From Eledone cirrhosa (Eukaryota), in NCBI GenBank assembly GCA_964016885.1, contig OZ024766.1, positions 16,058,001 to 16,122,000 on the forward strand: a stretch of DNA of 64,000 nt, in the 5' to 3' direction. The notes beneath the pieces were generated by a model, which saw only the letters and a list, made by a program, of their open reading frames with translations, was not told the DNA's origin and did no database searches. Positions 37,101-52,100 of the stretch are shown here, one piece after another. The translations under genes and the position numbers were made by a program. Every line of letters begins with the position of its first letter. Position 1 is the first letter of the stretch.

Positions 37101-40100
37101 ATGGCTGTCTTGTTTAACTGTATACTCCAGTGACTGCTCCTTCTAGTCTCTTCTTCCAATGTCAGTTGTCATACAGGTGTCCATGGCTGTCTTATTTAAC
37201 TGGCTACTCCAGTGACTGCTCCTTCTAGTCCCTTCTTCCAATGTCAGTTGTCATACAGGTGTCCATGGCTGTCTTATTTAACTGGCTACTCCAAGACTGC
37301 TCCTTCTAGTCTCTTCTTCCAATGTCAGTTGTCATACAGGTGTCCATGGCTGTCTTATTTAACTGGCTACTCCAGTGACTGCTCCTTCTAGTCCCTTCTT
37401 CCAATGTCAGTTGTCATACAGGTGTCCATGGCTGTCTTGTTTAACTGGATACTCCAGTGACTGCTCCTTCTAGTCTCTTCTTCCAATGTCAGTTGTCATA
37501 CAGGAGTCCATGGCTGTCTTATTTAACTGGCTACTCCAGTGACTGCTCCTTCTAGTCTCTTCTTCCAATGTCAGCTGTCATACAGGTGTCCATGGCTGTC
37601 TTATTTAACTGGCTACTCCAGTGACTGCTCCTTCTAGTCTCTTCTTCCAATGTCAGTTGTCATACAGGTGTCCATGGCTGTCTTATTTAACTGGCTACTC
37701 CAGTGACTGCTCCTTCTAGTCTCTTCTTCCAATGTCAGTTGTCATACAGGTGTCCATGGCTGACTTATTTAACTGGCTACTCCAGTGACTGCTCCTTCTA
37801 ATCTCTTCTTCCAATGTCAGTTGTCATACAGGAGTCCATGGCTGTCTTATTTAACTGACTACTCCAGTGACTGCTCCTTCTAGTCCCTTCTTCCAATGTC
37901 AGTTGTCATACAGGTGTCCATGGCTGTCTTGTTTAACTGGCTACTCCAGTGACTGCTCCTTCTAGTCCCTTCTTCCAATGTCAGTTGTTATACAGGTGTC
38001 CATGGCTGTCTTATTTAACTGGCTACTCCAGTGACTGCTCCTTCTAGTCTCTTCTTCCAATGTCAGTTGTCATACAGGTGTCCATGGCTGTCTTATTTAA
38101 CTGGCTACTCCAGTGATTTCCCCCTCTAGTCTCTTCTTCCAATGTCAGTTGTCATACAGGAGTCCATGACTGTCTTATTTAAGTGGCTACTCCAGTGACT
38201 GCTCCTTCTATTCTCTTCATCCAACGTCAGTTGTCATACAGGAGTCCATGGCTGTCTTATTTAACTGGCTGCTCCATTGACTGCTCCTTCTAGTCCCTTC
38301 TTCCAATGTCAGTTGTCATACAGGTGTCAATGGCTGTTATTTAACTGGCTACTCCAGTGACTGCTCCTTCTAGTCCCTTCTTCCAATGTCAGTTGTCATA
38401 CAGGTGTCCAAAGCTGTCTTATTTAACTGGCTACTCCACTGACTGCCCCTTCTAGTCCCTTCTTCCAATGTCAGTTGTCATACAGGAGTCCATGGCTGTC
38501 TTATTTAACTGGCTACTCCAGTGACTGCCCCTTCTAGTCCCTTCTTCCAATGTCAGTTGTCATACAGGAGTCCATGGCTGTCTTATTTAACTGGCTACTC
38601 CAGTTACTGCCCCTTCTAGTCTCTTCTTCCAATGTCAGTTGTCATACAGGTGTCCATGGCTGTCTTATTTAACTGGCTACTCCAGTGACTGCTCCTTCTA
38701 GTCTCTTCTTCCAATGTCAGTTGTCATACAGGTGTCCATGGCTGTCTTATTTAACTGGCTACTCCAGTGACTGCTCCTTCTAGTCCCTTCTTCCAATGTC
38801 AGTTGTCATACAGGTGTCCATGGCTGACTTATTTAACTGGCTACTCCAGTGACTGCTCCTTCTCGTCTCTCTTTCCAATATCGGTTGTCTTACAGGAGTC
38901 CATGGCTGTCTTATTTAACTGGCTACTCCAGTGACTGCTCCTGCTAGTCTCTTCTTCCAATGTCAGCTGACATACAGGTGTCCATGGCTGTCTTATTTAA
39001 CTGGCTACTCCAGTGACTGCCCCTTCTAGTCCCTTCTTCCAATGTCAGTTGTCATACAGGAGTCCATGGCTGTCTTATTTAACTGGCTACTCCAGTGACT
39101 GCCCCTTCTAGTCTCTTCTTCCAATCTCAGTTGTCATACTGGTGTCCATGGCTGTCTTATTTAACTGGCTACTCCAGTGACTGCTCCTTCTAGTCTCTTC
39201 TTCCAATGTCAGTTGTCATACAGGTGTCCATGGCTGTCTTATTTAACTGGCTACTCCAGTGACTGCTCCTTCTAGTCCCTTCTTCCAATGTCAGTTGTCA
39301 TACAGGTGTCCATGGCTGACTTATTTAACTGGCTACTCCAGTGACTGCTCCTTCTCGTCTCTCTTTCCAATATCGGTTGTCTTACAGGAGTCCATGGCTG
39401 TCTTATTTAACTGGCTACTCCAGTGACTGCTCCTGCTAGTCTCTTCTTCCAATGTCAGCTGACATACAGGTGTCCATGGCTGTCTTATTTAACTGGCTAC
39501 TCCAGTGATTTCCCCCTCTAGTCTCTTCTTCCAATGTCAGTTGTCATACAGGAGTCCATGACTGTCTTATTTAAGTGGCTACTCCAGTGACTGCTCCTTC
39601 TAGTCTCTTCATCCAACGTCAGTTGTCATACAGGAGTCCATGGCTGTCTTATTTAACTGGCTGCTCCATTGACTGCTCCTTCTAGTCCCTTCTTCCAATG
39701 TCAGTTGTCATACAGGTGTCAATGGCTGTTATTTAACTGGCTACTCCAGTGACTGCTCCTTCTAGTCCCTTCTTCCAATGTCAGTTGTCATACAGGTGTC
39801 CAAAGCTGTCTTATTTAACTGGCTACTCCAGTGACTGCCCCTTCTAGTCCCTTCTTCCAATGTCAGTTGTCATACAGGAGTCCATGGCTGTCTTATTTAA
39901 CTGGCAACTCCAGTGACTGCCCCTTCTAGTCCCTTCTTCCAATGTCAGTTGTCATACAGGAGTCCATGGCTGTCTTATTTAACTGGCTACTCCAGTGACT
40001 GCCCCTTCTAGTCTCATCTTCCAATGTCAGTTGTCATACAGGTGTCCATGGCTGTCTTATTTAACTGGCTACTCCAGTGACTGCTCCTTCTAGTCTCTTC

Positions 40101-43100
40101 TTCCAATGTCAGTTGTCATACAGGTCTCCATGGCTGTCTTATTTAACTGGCTACTCCAGTGACTGCTCCTTCTAGTCCCTTCTTCCAATGTCAGTTGTCA
40201 TACAGGTGTCCATGGCTGACTTATTTAACTGGCTACTCCAGTGACTGCTCCTTCTCGTCTCTCTTTCCAATATCGGTTGTCTTACAGGAGTCCATGGCTG
40301 TCTTATTTAACTGGCTACTCCAGTGACTGCTCCTGCTAGTCTCTTCTTCCAATGTCAGCTGACATACAGGTGTCCATGGCTGTCTTATTTAACTGGCTAC
40401 TCCAGTGACTGCCCCTTCTAGTCCCTTCTTCCAATGTCAGTTGTCATACAGGAGTCCATGGCTGTCTTATTTAACTGGCTACTCCAGTGACTGCACCTTC
40501 TAGTCTCTTCTTCCAATGTCAGTTGTCATACAGGTGTCCATGGCTGTCTTATTTAACTGGCTACTCCAGTGACTGCTCCTTCTAGTCTCTTCTTCCAATG
40601 TCAGTTGTCATACAGGTGTCCATGGCTGTCTTATTTAACTGGCTACTCCAGTGACTGCTCCTTCTAGTCTCTTCTTCCAATGTCAGTTGTCATACAGGTG
40701 TCCATGGCTGTCTTATTTAACTGGCTACTCCAGTGACTGCTCCTTCTAGTCCCTTCTTCCAATGTCAGTTGTCATACAGGAGTCGAAGACTGTCTTATTT
40801 AACTGGCTACTCCAGTGACTGCTCCTTCTAGTCTCTTCTTCCAATGTCAGTTGTCATACAGGTGTCCATGGCTGTCTTATTTAACTGGCTACTCCAGTGA
40901 CTGCTCCTTCTAGTCCCTTCTTCCAATGTCAGTTGTCATACAGGAGTCCATGGCCGTCTTATTTAACTGGCTACTCCAGTGACTGCTCCTTCTAGTCCCT
41001 TCTTCCAATGTCAGTTGTCATACAGGAGTCCATGGCCGTCTTATTTAACTGGCTACTCCAGTGACTGCCCCTTCTAGTCTCTTCTTCCAATGTCAGTTGT
41101 CATACAGGTGTCCATGGCTGTCTTATTTAACTGGCTACTCCAGTGACTGCTCCTTCTAGTCCCTTCTTCCAATGTTAGTTGTCATACAGGTGTCCATGGC
41201 TGTCTTATTTAGCTGGCTACTACAGTGACTGCTGCTTCTAGTCTCTTCTTCCAATGTCAGTTGTCATACAGGTGTCCATGACTGTCTTATTTAACTGGCT
41301 ACTCCAGTGACTGCTCCTTCTAGTCTCTTCTTCCAATGTCAGTTATCATACAGGTGTCCATGGCTGACTTATTTAACTGGCTACTCCAGTGATTGCCCCT
41401 TCTAGTCTCTTCTTCCAATGTCAGTTGTCATACAGGTGTCCATGGCTGTCTTATTTAACTGGCTACTCAAGTGAGTGCTCCTTCTAGTCCATTCTTCCAA
41501 TGTCAGTTGTCATACAGGAGTCCATGGTTGTCTTATTTAACTGGCTACTCAAGTGACTGCTCCTTCTAGTCCATTCTTCCAATGTCAGTTGTCATACAGG
41601 TGTCCATGGCTGTCTTATTTAACTGGCTACTCCAGTGACTGCTCCTTCTAGTCTCTTCTTCCAATGTCAGTTATCATACAGGTGTCCATGGCTGACTTAT
41701 TTAACTGGCTACTCCAGTGATTGCCCCTTCTAGTCTCTTCTTCCAATGTCAGTTGTCATACAGGTGTCCATGGCTGTCTTATTTAACTGGCTACTCAAGT
41801 GACTGCTTCTTCTAGTCCATTCTTCCAATGTCAGTTGTCATACAGGAGTCCATGGCTGTCTTATTTAAGTGGCTACTCCAGTGACTGCTCCTTCTAGTCT
41901 CTTCTACCAATGTCAATTGTCATACAGGAGTCCATAACTGTCTTATTTAACTGGCTACTCCAGTGACTGCTCCTTCTAGTCTCTTCTTCCGATGTCAGCT
42001 GACATACAGGTGTCCAAGACTGTCTTATTTAACTGGCTACTCCAGTGACTGCCCCTTCTAGTCTCTTCTTCCAATGTCAGTTGTCATACAGGTGTCCATG
42101 GCTGTCTTATTTAACTGGCTACTCCAGTGACTGCTCCTTCTAGTCTCTTCTTACAATGTCAGTTGTCATACAGGTGTCCATGGCTGACTTATTTAACTGG
42201 CTACTCCAGTGATTTCCCCTTCTAGTCTCTTCTTCCAATGTCAGTTGTCATACAGGAGTCCATGACTGTCTTATTTAAGTGGCTACTCCAGTGACTGCTC
42301 CTTCTAGTCTCTTCATCCAACGTCAGTTGTCATACAGGAGTCCATGGCTGTCTTCTTTAACTGGCTGCTCCATTGACTGCTCCTTCTAGTCCCTTCTTCC
42401 AATGTCAGTTGTCATACAGGTGTCCATGGCTGTCTTATTTAACTGGCTACTCCAGTGACTGCCCCTTCTAGTCCCTTCTTCCAATGTCAGTTGTCATACA
42501 GGAGTCCATGGCTGTCTTATTTAACTGGCTACTCCAGTGACTGCTCCTTCTAGTCTCTTCTTCCAATATCAGTTGTTATACACGAGTCCACGGCTCTCTT
42601 ATTTAACTGGCTACTCCAGTGACTGCTCCTTCTCGTCTCTCTTTCCAATATCAGTTGTCTTACAGGAGTCCATGGCTGTCTTATTTAACTGGCTACTCCA
42701 GTGACTGCTCCTGCTAGTCTCTTCTTCCAATGTCAGCTGACATACAGGTGTCCATGGCTGTCTTATTTAATTGGCTACTCCAGTGACTGCTCCCTCTAGT
42801 CCCTTCTTCCAATGACAGTTGTCATACAGGAGTCCAAGACTGTCTTATTTAACTGGCTACTCCAGTGACTGCTCCTTCTAGTCCATTCTTCCAATGTCAG
42901 TTGCCATACAGGTGTCCATGGCTGTCTTATTTAACTGGCTACTCCAGTGACTGCTCCTTCTAGTCCATTCTACCAATGTCAGTTGTCATACAGGTGTCCA
43001 TGGCTGTCTTATTTAACTGGCTACTCCAGTGACTGCTCCTTCTAGTCCATTCTTCCAATGTCAGTTGTCATACAGGTGTCCATGGCTGTCTTATTTAACT

Positions 43101-46100
43101 GGCCTACCCCAGTGACTGCTCCTTCTAGTCCCTTCTTCCAATGTTAGTTGTCATACAGGAGTCCATGGCTGTCTTATTTAACTGGCTACTCCAGTGACTG
43201 CTCCTTCTAGTCCCTTCTTCCAATGTTAGTTGTCATACAGGTGTCCATGGCTGTCTTATTTAGCTGGCTACTCCAGTGACTGCTGCTTCTAGTCTCTTCT
43301 TCCAATGTCAGTTGTCATACAGGTGTCCATGGCTGTCTTATTTAACTGGCTACTCCAGTGACTGCTCCTTCTAGTCTCTTCTTCCAATGTCAGTTATCAT
43401 ACAGGTGTCCATGGCTGACTTATTTAACTGGCTACTCCAGTGATTGCCCCTTCTAGTCTCTTCTTCCAATGTCAGTTGTCATACAGGTGTCCATGGCTGT
43501 CTTATTTAACTGGCTACTCAAGTGACTGCTCCTTCTAGTCCATTCTTCCAATGTCAGTTGTCATACAGGAGTCCATGGCTGTCTTATTTAACTGGCTACT
43601 CAAGTGACTGCTCCTTCTAGTCCATTCTTCCAATGTCAGTTGTCATACAGGAGTCCATGGTTGTCTTATTTAACTGGCTACTCAAGTGACTGCTCCTTCT
43701 AGTCCATTCTTCCAATGTCAGTTGTCATACAGGAGTCCATGGCTGTCTTATTTAACTGGCTACTCCAGTGACTGCTCCTTTTAGTCCCTTCTTCCAATGT
43801 CAGTTGTCATACAGGTGTCCATGGCTGTCTTATTTAACTGGCTACTCCAGTGACTACTCCTTCTAGTCTCTTCTTCCAATGTCAGTTATCATACAGGTGT
43901 CCATGGCTGTCTTATTTAACTGGCTAGCCAGTGACTGCTCCTTCTAGTCCCTTCTTCAAATGTCAGTTGTCATACAGGTGTCCATGGCTGACTTATTTAA
44001 CTGGCTACTCCAGTGACTGCTCATTCTAGTCCCTTCTTCCAATGTCAGTTGTCATACAGGTGTCCATGGCTGTCTTATTTAACTGGCTACTCCAGTGACT
44101 GCTCCTTCTAGTCCCTTCTTCCAATGTCAGTTGTCATACAGGTGTCCATGGCTGTCTTATTTAACTGGCCACTCCAGTGACTGCTCCTTCTAGTCCCTTC
44201 TTCCAATGTCAGTTGTCATACAGGTGTCCATGGCTGTCTTATTTAACTAGCTACTCCAGTGACTGCTCCTTCTACTCTCTTCTTCCAATGTCAGTTGTCA
44301 TACAGGTGTCCATGACTGTCTTATTTAACTGGATACTCCAGTGATTGCCCCATCTTGTCTCTTCTTTCAATGTCAGCTGACATACAGGTGTCCATGGCTG
44401 TCTTATTTAACTGGCTACTCCAGTGACTGCTCCCTCTAATCCCTTCTTCCAATGTCAGTTCTCATACAGGTGTCCATGACTGTCTTATTTAACTGGCTAC
44501 TCCAGTGACTGCTCCTTCTAGTCCATTCTTCTAATGTCAGTTGTCATACAGGTGTCCATAGCTGTCTTATTTAACTGGCTACTCCAGTGACTGCTCCTTC
44601 TAGTCCCTTCTTCCAATGTCAGTTGTCATACAGGTGTCCATGGCTGTCTTATTTAACTGGCTACTCCAGTGACTGCTCCTTCTAGTCCATTCTTCTAATG
44701 TCAGTTGTCATACAGGTGTCCATAGCTGTCTTATTTAACTGGCTACTCCAGTGACTGCTCCTTCTAGTCCCTTCTTCCAATGTCAGTTGTCATACAGGAG
44801 TCCATGGCTGTCTTATTTAACTGGCTACTCAAGTGACTGCTCCTTTTAGTCCCTTCTTCCAATGTCAGTTGTCATACAGGTGTCCATGGCTGACTTATTT
44901 AACTGGCTACTCCAGTGACTGCTCCTTCTAGTCCATTCTTCCAATGTCAGTTGTCATACAGGAGTCCAAGACTGTCTTATTTAACTGGCTACTCCAGTGA
45001 CTGCTCCTTCTAGTCCATTCTTCCAATGTCAGTTGTCATACAGGTGTCCATGGCTGTCTTATTTAACTGGCTACTCCAGTGACTGCTCCTTCTAGTCTCT
45101 TCTTCCAATATCAGTTGTCATACTGGAGTCCATGGCTGTCTTATTTAACTGGCTACTCCAGGGACTGCTCCTTCTAGTCCCTTCTTCCAATGTTAGTTGT
45201 CATACAGGAGTCCATGGCCGTCTTATTTAACTGGCTACTTCAGTGACTGCTCCTTCTAGTCCCTTCTTCCAATGTTAGTTGTCATACAGGAGTCCATGGC
45301 TGTCTTATTTAACTGGCTACTCCAGTGACTGCTCCTTCTAGTCTCTTCTTCCAATGTCAGTTGTCATACAGGTGTCCATGGCTGTCTTATTTAACTGGCT
45401 ACTCCAGTGACTGCTCCTTCTAGTCTCTTCTTCCAATGTCAGTTATCATACAGGTGTCCATGGCTGACTTATTTAACTGGCTACTCCAGTGACTGCTCCC
45501 TCTAGTCCCTTCTTCCAATGACAGTTGTCATACAGGAGTCCAAGACTGTCTTATTTAACTGGCTACTCCAGTGACTGCTCCTTCTAGTCCATTCTTCCAA
45601 TGTCAGTTGCCATACAGGTGTCCATGGCTGTCTTATTTAACTGGCTACTCCAGTGACTGCTCCTTCTAGTCCATTCTACCAATGTCAGTTGTCATACAGG
45701 TGTCCATGGCTGTCTTATTTAACTGGCTACTCCAGTGACTGCTCCTTCTAGTCCATTCTTCTAATGTCAGTTGTCATACAGGTGTCCATAGCTGTCTTAT
45801 TTAACTGGCTACTCCAGTGACTGCTCCTTCTAGTCCCTTCTTCCAATGTCAGTTGTCATACAGGAGTCCATGGCTGTCTTATTTAACTGGCTACTCAAGT
45901 GACTGCTCCTTTTAGTCCCTTCTTCCAATGTCAGTTGTCATACAGGTGTCCATGGCTGACTTATTTAACTGGCTACTCCAGTGACTGCTCCTTCTAGTCC
46001 ATTCTTCCAATGTCAGTTGTCATACAGGAGTCCAAGACTGTCTTATTTAACTGGCTACTCCAGTGACTGCTCCTTCTAGTCCATTCTTCCAATGTCAGTT

Positions 46101-49100
46101 GTCATACAGGTGTCCATGGCTGTCTTATTTAACTGGCTACTCCAGTGACTGCTCCTTCTAGTCTCTTCTTCCAATATCAGTTGTCATACTGGAGTCCATG
46201 GCTGTCTTATTTAACTGGCTACTCCAGGGACTGCTCCTTCTAGTCCCTTCTTCCAATGTTAGTTGTCATACAGGAGTCCATGGCCGTCTTATTTAACTGG
46301 CTACTTCAGTGACTGCTCCTTCTAGTCCCTTCTTCCAATGTTAGTTGTCATACAGGAGTCCATGGCTGTCTTATTTAACTGGCTACTCCAGTGACTGCTC
46401 CTTCTAGTCTCTTCTTCCAATGTCAGTTGTCATACAGGTGTCCATGGCTGTCTTATTTAACTGGCTACTCCAGTGACTGCTCCTTCTAGTCTCTTCTTCC
46501 AATGTCAGTTATCATACAGGTGTCCATGGCTGACTTATTTAACTGGCTACTCCAGTGACTGCTCCCTCTAGTCCCTTCTTCCAATGACAGTTGTCATACA
46601 GGAGTCCAAGACTGTCTTATTTAACTGGCTACTCCAGTGACTGCTCCTTCTAGTCCATTCTTCCAATGTCAGTTGCCATACAGGTGTCCATGGCTGTCTT
46701 ATTTAACTGGCTACTCCAGTGACTGCTCCTTCTAGTCCATTCTACCAATGTCAGTTGTCATACAGGTGTCCATGGCTGTCTTATTTAACTGGCTACTCCA
46801 GTGACTGCTCCTTCTAGTCCATTCTTCCAATGTCAGTTGTCATACAGGTGTCCATGGCTGTCTTATTTAACTGGCCTACCCCAGTGACTGCTCCTTCTAG
46901 TCCCTTCTTCCAATGTTAGTTGTCATACAGGAGTCCATGGCTGTCTTATTTAACTGGCTACTCCAGTGACTGCTCCTTCTAGTCCCTTCTTCCAATGTTA
47001 GTTGTCATACAGGTGTCCATGGCTGTCTTATTTAGCTGGCTACTCCAGTGACTGCTGCTTCTAGTCTCTTCTTCCAATGTCAGTTGTCATACAGGTGTCC
47101 ATGGCTGTCTGATTTAACTGGCTACTCCAGTGACTGCTCCTTCTAGTCTCTTCTTCCAATGTCAGTTATCATACAGGTGTCCATGGCTGACTTATTTAAC
47201 TGGCTACTCCAGTGATTGCCCCTTCTAGTCTCTTCTTCCAATGTCAGTTGTCATACAGGTGTCCATGGCTGTCTTATTTAACTGGCTACACAAGTGACTG
47301 CTCCTTCTAGTCCATTCTTCCAATGTCAGTTGTCATACAGGAGTCCATGGCTGTCTTATTTAACTGGCTACTCAAGTGACTGCTCCTTCTAGTCCATTCT
47401 TCCAATGTCAGTTGTCATACAGGAGTCCATGGTTGTCTTATTTAACTGGCTACTCAAGTGACTGCTCCTTCTAGTCCATTCTTCCAATGTCAGTTGTCAT
47501 ACAGGAGTCCATGGCTGTCTTATTTAACTGGCTACTCCAGTGACTGCTCCTTTTAGTCCCTTCTTCCAATGTCAGTTGTCATACAGGTGTCCATGGCTGT
47601 CTTATTTAACTGGCTACTCCAGTGACTACTCCTTCTAGTCTCTTCTTCCAATGTCAGTTGTCATACAGGTGTCCATGGCTGTCTTATTTAACTGGCTACT
47701 CCAGTGACTGCTCCTTCTAGTCCCTTCTTCCAATGTCAGTTGTCATACAGGTGTCCATGGCTGTCTTATTTAACTGGCCACTCCAGTGACTGCTCCTTCT
47801 AGTCCCTTCTTCCAATGTCAGTTGTCATACAGGTGTCCATGGCTGTCTTATTTAACTAGCTACTCCAGTGACTGCTCCTTCTACTCTCTTCTTCCAATGT
47901 CAGTTGTCATACAGGTGTCCATGACTGTCTTATTTAACTGGATACTCCAGTGATTGCCCCATCTTGTCTCTTCTTCCAATGTCAGCTGACATACAGGTGT
48001 CCATGGCTGTCTTATTTAACTGGCTACTCCAGTGACTGCTCCCTCTAATCCCTTCTTCCAATGTCAGTTGTCATACAGGTGTCCATGACTGTCTTATTTA
48101 ACTGGCTACTCCAGTGACTGCTCCTTTTAGTCCCTTCTTCCAATGTCAGTTGTCATACAGGTGTCCATGGCTGACTTATTTAACTGGCTACTCAAGTGAC
48201 TGCTCCTTTTAGTCCATTCTTCCAATGTCAGTTGTCATACAGGTGTCCATGGCTGTCTTATTTAACTGGCTACTCCAGTGACTGCTCCTTCTAGTCTCTT
48301 CTTCCAATATCAGTTGTCATACTGGAGTCCATGGCTGTCTTATTTAACTGGCCTACTCCAGTGACTGCTCCTTCTAGTCCCTTCTTCCAATGTTAGTTGT
48401 CATACAGGAGTCCATGGCCGTCTTATTTAACTGGCTACTTCAGTGACTGCTCCTTCTAGTCCCTTCTTCCAATGTTAGTTGTCATACAGGAGTCCATGGC
48501 TGTCTTATTTAACTGGCTACTCCAGTGACTGCTCCTTCTAGTCTCTTCTTCCAATGTCAGTTGTCATACAGGTGTCCATGGCTGTCTTATTTAACTGGCT
48601 ACTCCAGTGACTGCTCCTTCTAGTCTCTTCTTCCAATGTCAGTTATCATACAGGTGTCCATGGCTGACTTATTTAACTGGCTACTCCAGTGACTGCTCCC
48701 TCTAGTCCCTTCTTCCAATGACAGTTGTCATACAGGAGTCCAAGACTGTCTTATTTAACTGGCTACTCCAGTGACTGCTCCTTCTAGTCCATTCTTCCAA
48801 TGTCAGTTGCCATACAGGTGTCCATGGCTGTCTTATTTAACTGGCTACTCCAGTGACTGCTCCTTCTAGTCCATTCTACCAATGTCAGTTGTCATACAGG
48901 TGTCCATGGCTGTCTTATTTAACTGGCTACTCCAGTGACTGCTCCTTCTAGTCCATTCTTCCAATGTCAGTTGTCATACAGGTGTCCATGGCTGTCTTAT
49001 TTAACTGGCCTACCCCAGTGACTGCTCCTTCTAGTCCCTTCTTCCAATGTTAGTTGTCATACAGGAGTCCATGGCTGTCTTATTTAACTGGCTACTCCAG

Positions 49101-52100
49101 TGACTGCTCCTTCTAGTCCCTTCTTCCAATGTTAGTTGTCATACAGGTGTCCATGACTGTCTTATTTAGCTGGCTACTCCAGTGACTGCTGCTTCTAGTC
49201 TCTTCTTCCAATGTCAGTTGTCATACAGGTGTCCATGGCTGTCTTATTTAACTGGCTACTCCAGTGACTGCTCCTTCTAGTCTCTTCTTCCAATGTCAGT
49301 TATCATACAGGTGTCCATGGCTGACTTATTTAACTGGCTACTCCAGTGATTGCCCCTTCTAGTCTCTTCTTCCAATGTCAGTTGTCATACAGGTGTCCAT
49401 GGCTGTCTTATTTAACTGGCTACTCAAGTGACTGCTCCTTCTAGTCCATTCTTCCAATGTCAGTTGTCATACAGGAGTCCATGGCTGTCTTATTTAACTG
49501 GCTACTCAAGTGACTGCTCCTTCTAGTCCATTCTTCCAATGTCAGTTGTCATACAGGAGTCCATGGTTGTCTTATTTAACTGGCTACTCAAGTGACTGCT
49601 CCTTCTAGTCCATTCTTCCAATGTCAGTTGTCATACAGGAGTCCATGGCTGTCTTATTTAACTGGCTACTCCAGTGACTGCTCCTTTTAGTCCCTTCTTC
49701 CAACGTCAGTTGTCATACAGGTGTCCATGGCTGTCTTATTTAACTGGCTACTCCAGTGACTACTCCTTCTAGTCTCTTCTTCCAATGTCAGTTGTCATAC
49801 AGGTATCCATGGCTGTCTTATTTAACTGGCTAGCCAGTGACTGCTCCTTCTAGTCCCTTCTTCAAATGTCAGTTGTCATACAGGTGTCCATGGCTGACTT
49901 ATTTAACTGGCTACTCCAGTGACTGCTCATTCTAGTCCCTTCTTCCAATGTCAGTTGTCATACAGGTGTCCATGGCTGTCTTATTTAACTGGCTACTCCA
50001 GTGACTGCTCCTTCTAGTCCCTTCTTCCAATGTCAGTTGTCATACAGGTGTCCATGGCTGTCTTATTTAACTGGCCACTCCAGTGACTGCTCCTTCTAGT
50101 CCCTTCTTCCAATGTCAGTTGTCATACAGGTGTCCATGGCTGTCTTATTTAACTAGCTACTCCAGTGACTGCTCCTTCTACTCTCTTCTTCCAATGTCAG
50201 TTGTCATACAGGTGTCCATGACTGTCTTATTTAACTGGATACTCCAGTGATTGCCCCATCTTGTCTCTTCTTCCAATGTCAGCTGACATACAGGTGTCCA
50301 TGGCTGTCTTATTTAACTGGCTACTCCAGTGACTGCTCCCTCTAATCCCTTCTTCCAATGTCAGTTGTCATACAGGTGTCCATGACTGTCTTATTTAACT
50401 GGCTACTCCAGTGACTGCTCCTTCTAGTCCATTCTTCTAATGTCAGTTGTCATACAGGTGTCCATAGCTGTCTTATTTAACTGGCTACTCCAGTGACTGC
50501 TCCTTCTAGTCCCTTCTTCCAATGTCAGTTGTCATACAGGTGTCCATGGCTGTCTTATTTAACTGGCTACTCCAGTGACTGCTCCTTCTAGTCCATTCTT
50601 CTAATGTCAGTTGTCATACAGGTGTCCATAGCTGTCTTATTTAACTGGCTACTCCAGTGACTGCTCCTTCTAGTCCCTTCTTCCAATGTCAGTTGTCATA
50701 CAGGAGTCCATGGCTGTCTTATTTAACTGGCTACTCAAGTGACTGCTCCTTTTAGTCCCTTCTTCCAATGTCAGTTGTCATACAGGTGTCCATAGCTGTC
50801 TTATTTAACTGGCTACTCCAGTGACTACCCCTTCTAGTCCATTCTTCCAATGTCAGTTGTCATACAGGAGTCCAAGACTGTCTTATTTAACTGGCTACTC
50901 CAGTGACTGCTCCTTCTAGTCCATTCTTCCAATGTCAGTTGTCATACAGGTGTCCAAAGCTGTCTTATTTAACTGGCCTACTCCAGTGACTGCTCCTTCT
51001 AGTCCCTTCTTCCAATGTTAGTTGTCATACAGGAGTCCATGGCCGTCTTATTTAACTGGCTACTTCAGTGACTGCTCCTTCTAGTCCCTTCTTCCAATGT
51101 TAGTTGTCATACAGGAGTCCATGGCTGTCTTATTTAACTGGCTACTCCAGTGACTGCTCCTTCTAGTCTCTTCTTCCAATGTCAGTTGTCATACAGGTGT
51201 CCATGGCTGACTTATTTAACTGGCTACTCCAGTGATTGCCCCTTCTAGTCTCTTCTTCCAATGTCAGTTGTCATACAGGTGTCCATGGCTGTCTTATTTA
51301 ACTGGCTACTCCAGTGACTGCTCCTTCTAGTCCATTCTTCCAATGTCAGTTGTCATACAGGAGTCCATGGTTGTCTTATTTAACTGGCTACTCAAGTGAC
51401 TGCTCCTTCTAGTCCATTCTTCCAAAGTCAGTTGTCATACAGGTGTCCATGGCTGTCTTATTTAACTGGCTACTCCAGTGACTGCTCCTTCTAGTCTCTT
51501 CTTCCAATGTCAGTTGTCATACAGGTGTCCATGGCTGTCTTATTTAACTGGCTACTCCAGTGACTGCTCCTTCTAGTCCCTTCTTCAAATGTCAGTTGTC
51601 ATACAGGTGTCCATGGCTGACTTATTTAACTGGCTACTCTAGTGACTGCTCCTTCTAGTCCCTTCTTCCAATGTCAGTTGTCATACAGGAGTCCATGGCT
51701 GTCTTATTTAACTGGCTACTCCAGTGACTGCTCCTTTTAGTCCCTTCTTCCAATGTCAGTTGTCATACAGGTGTCCATGGCTGTCTTATTTAACTGGCTA
51801 CTCCAGTGACTACTCCTTCTAGTCTCTTCTTCCAATGTCAGTTGTCATACAGGTGTCCATGGCTGTCTTATTTAACTGGCTAGCCAGTGACTGCTCCTTC
51901 TAGTCCCTTCTTCAAATGTCAGTTGTCATACAGGTGTCCATGGCTGACTTATTTAACTGGCTACTCCAGTGACTGCTCATTCTAGTCCCTTCTTCCAATG
52001 TCAGTTGTCATACAGGTGTCCATGGCTGTCTTATTTAACTGGCTACTCCAGTGACTGCTCCTTCTAGTCCCTTCTTCCAATGTCAGTTGTCATACAGGTG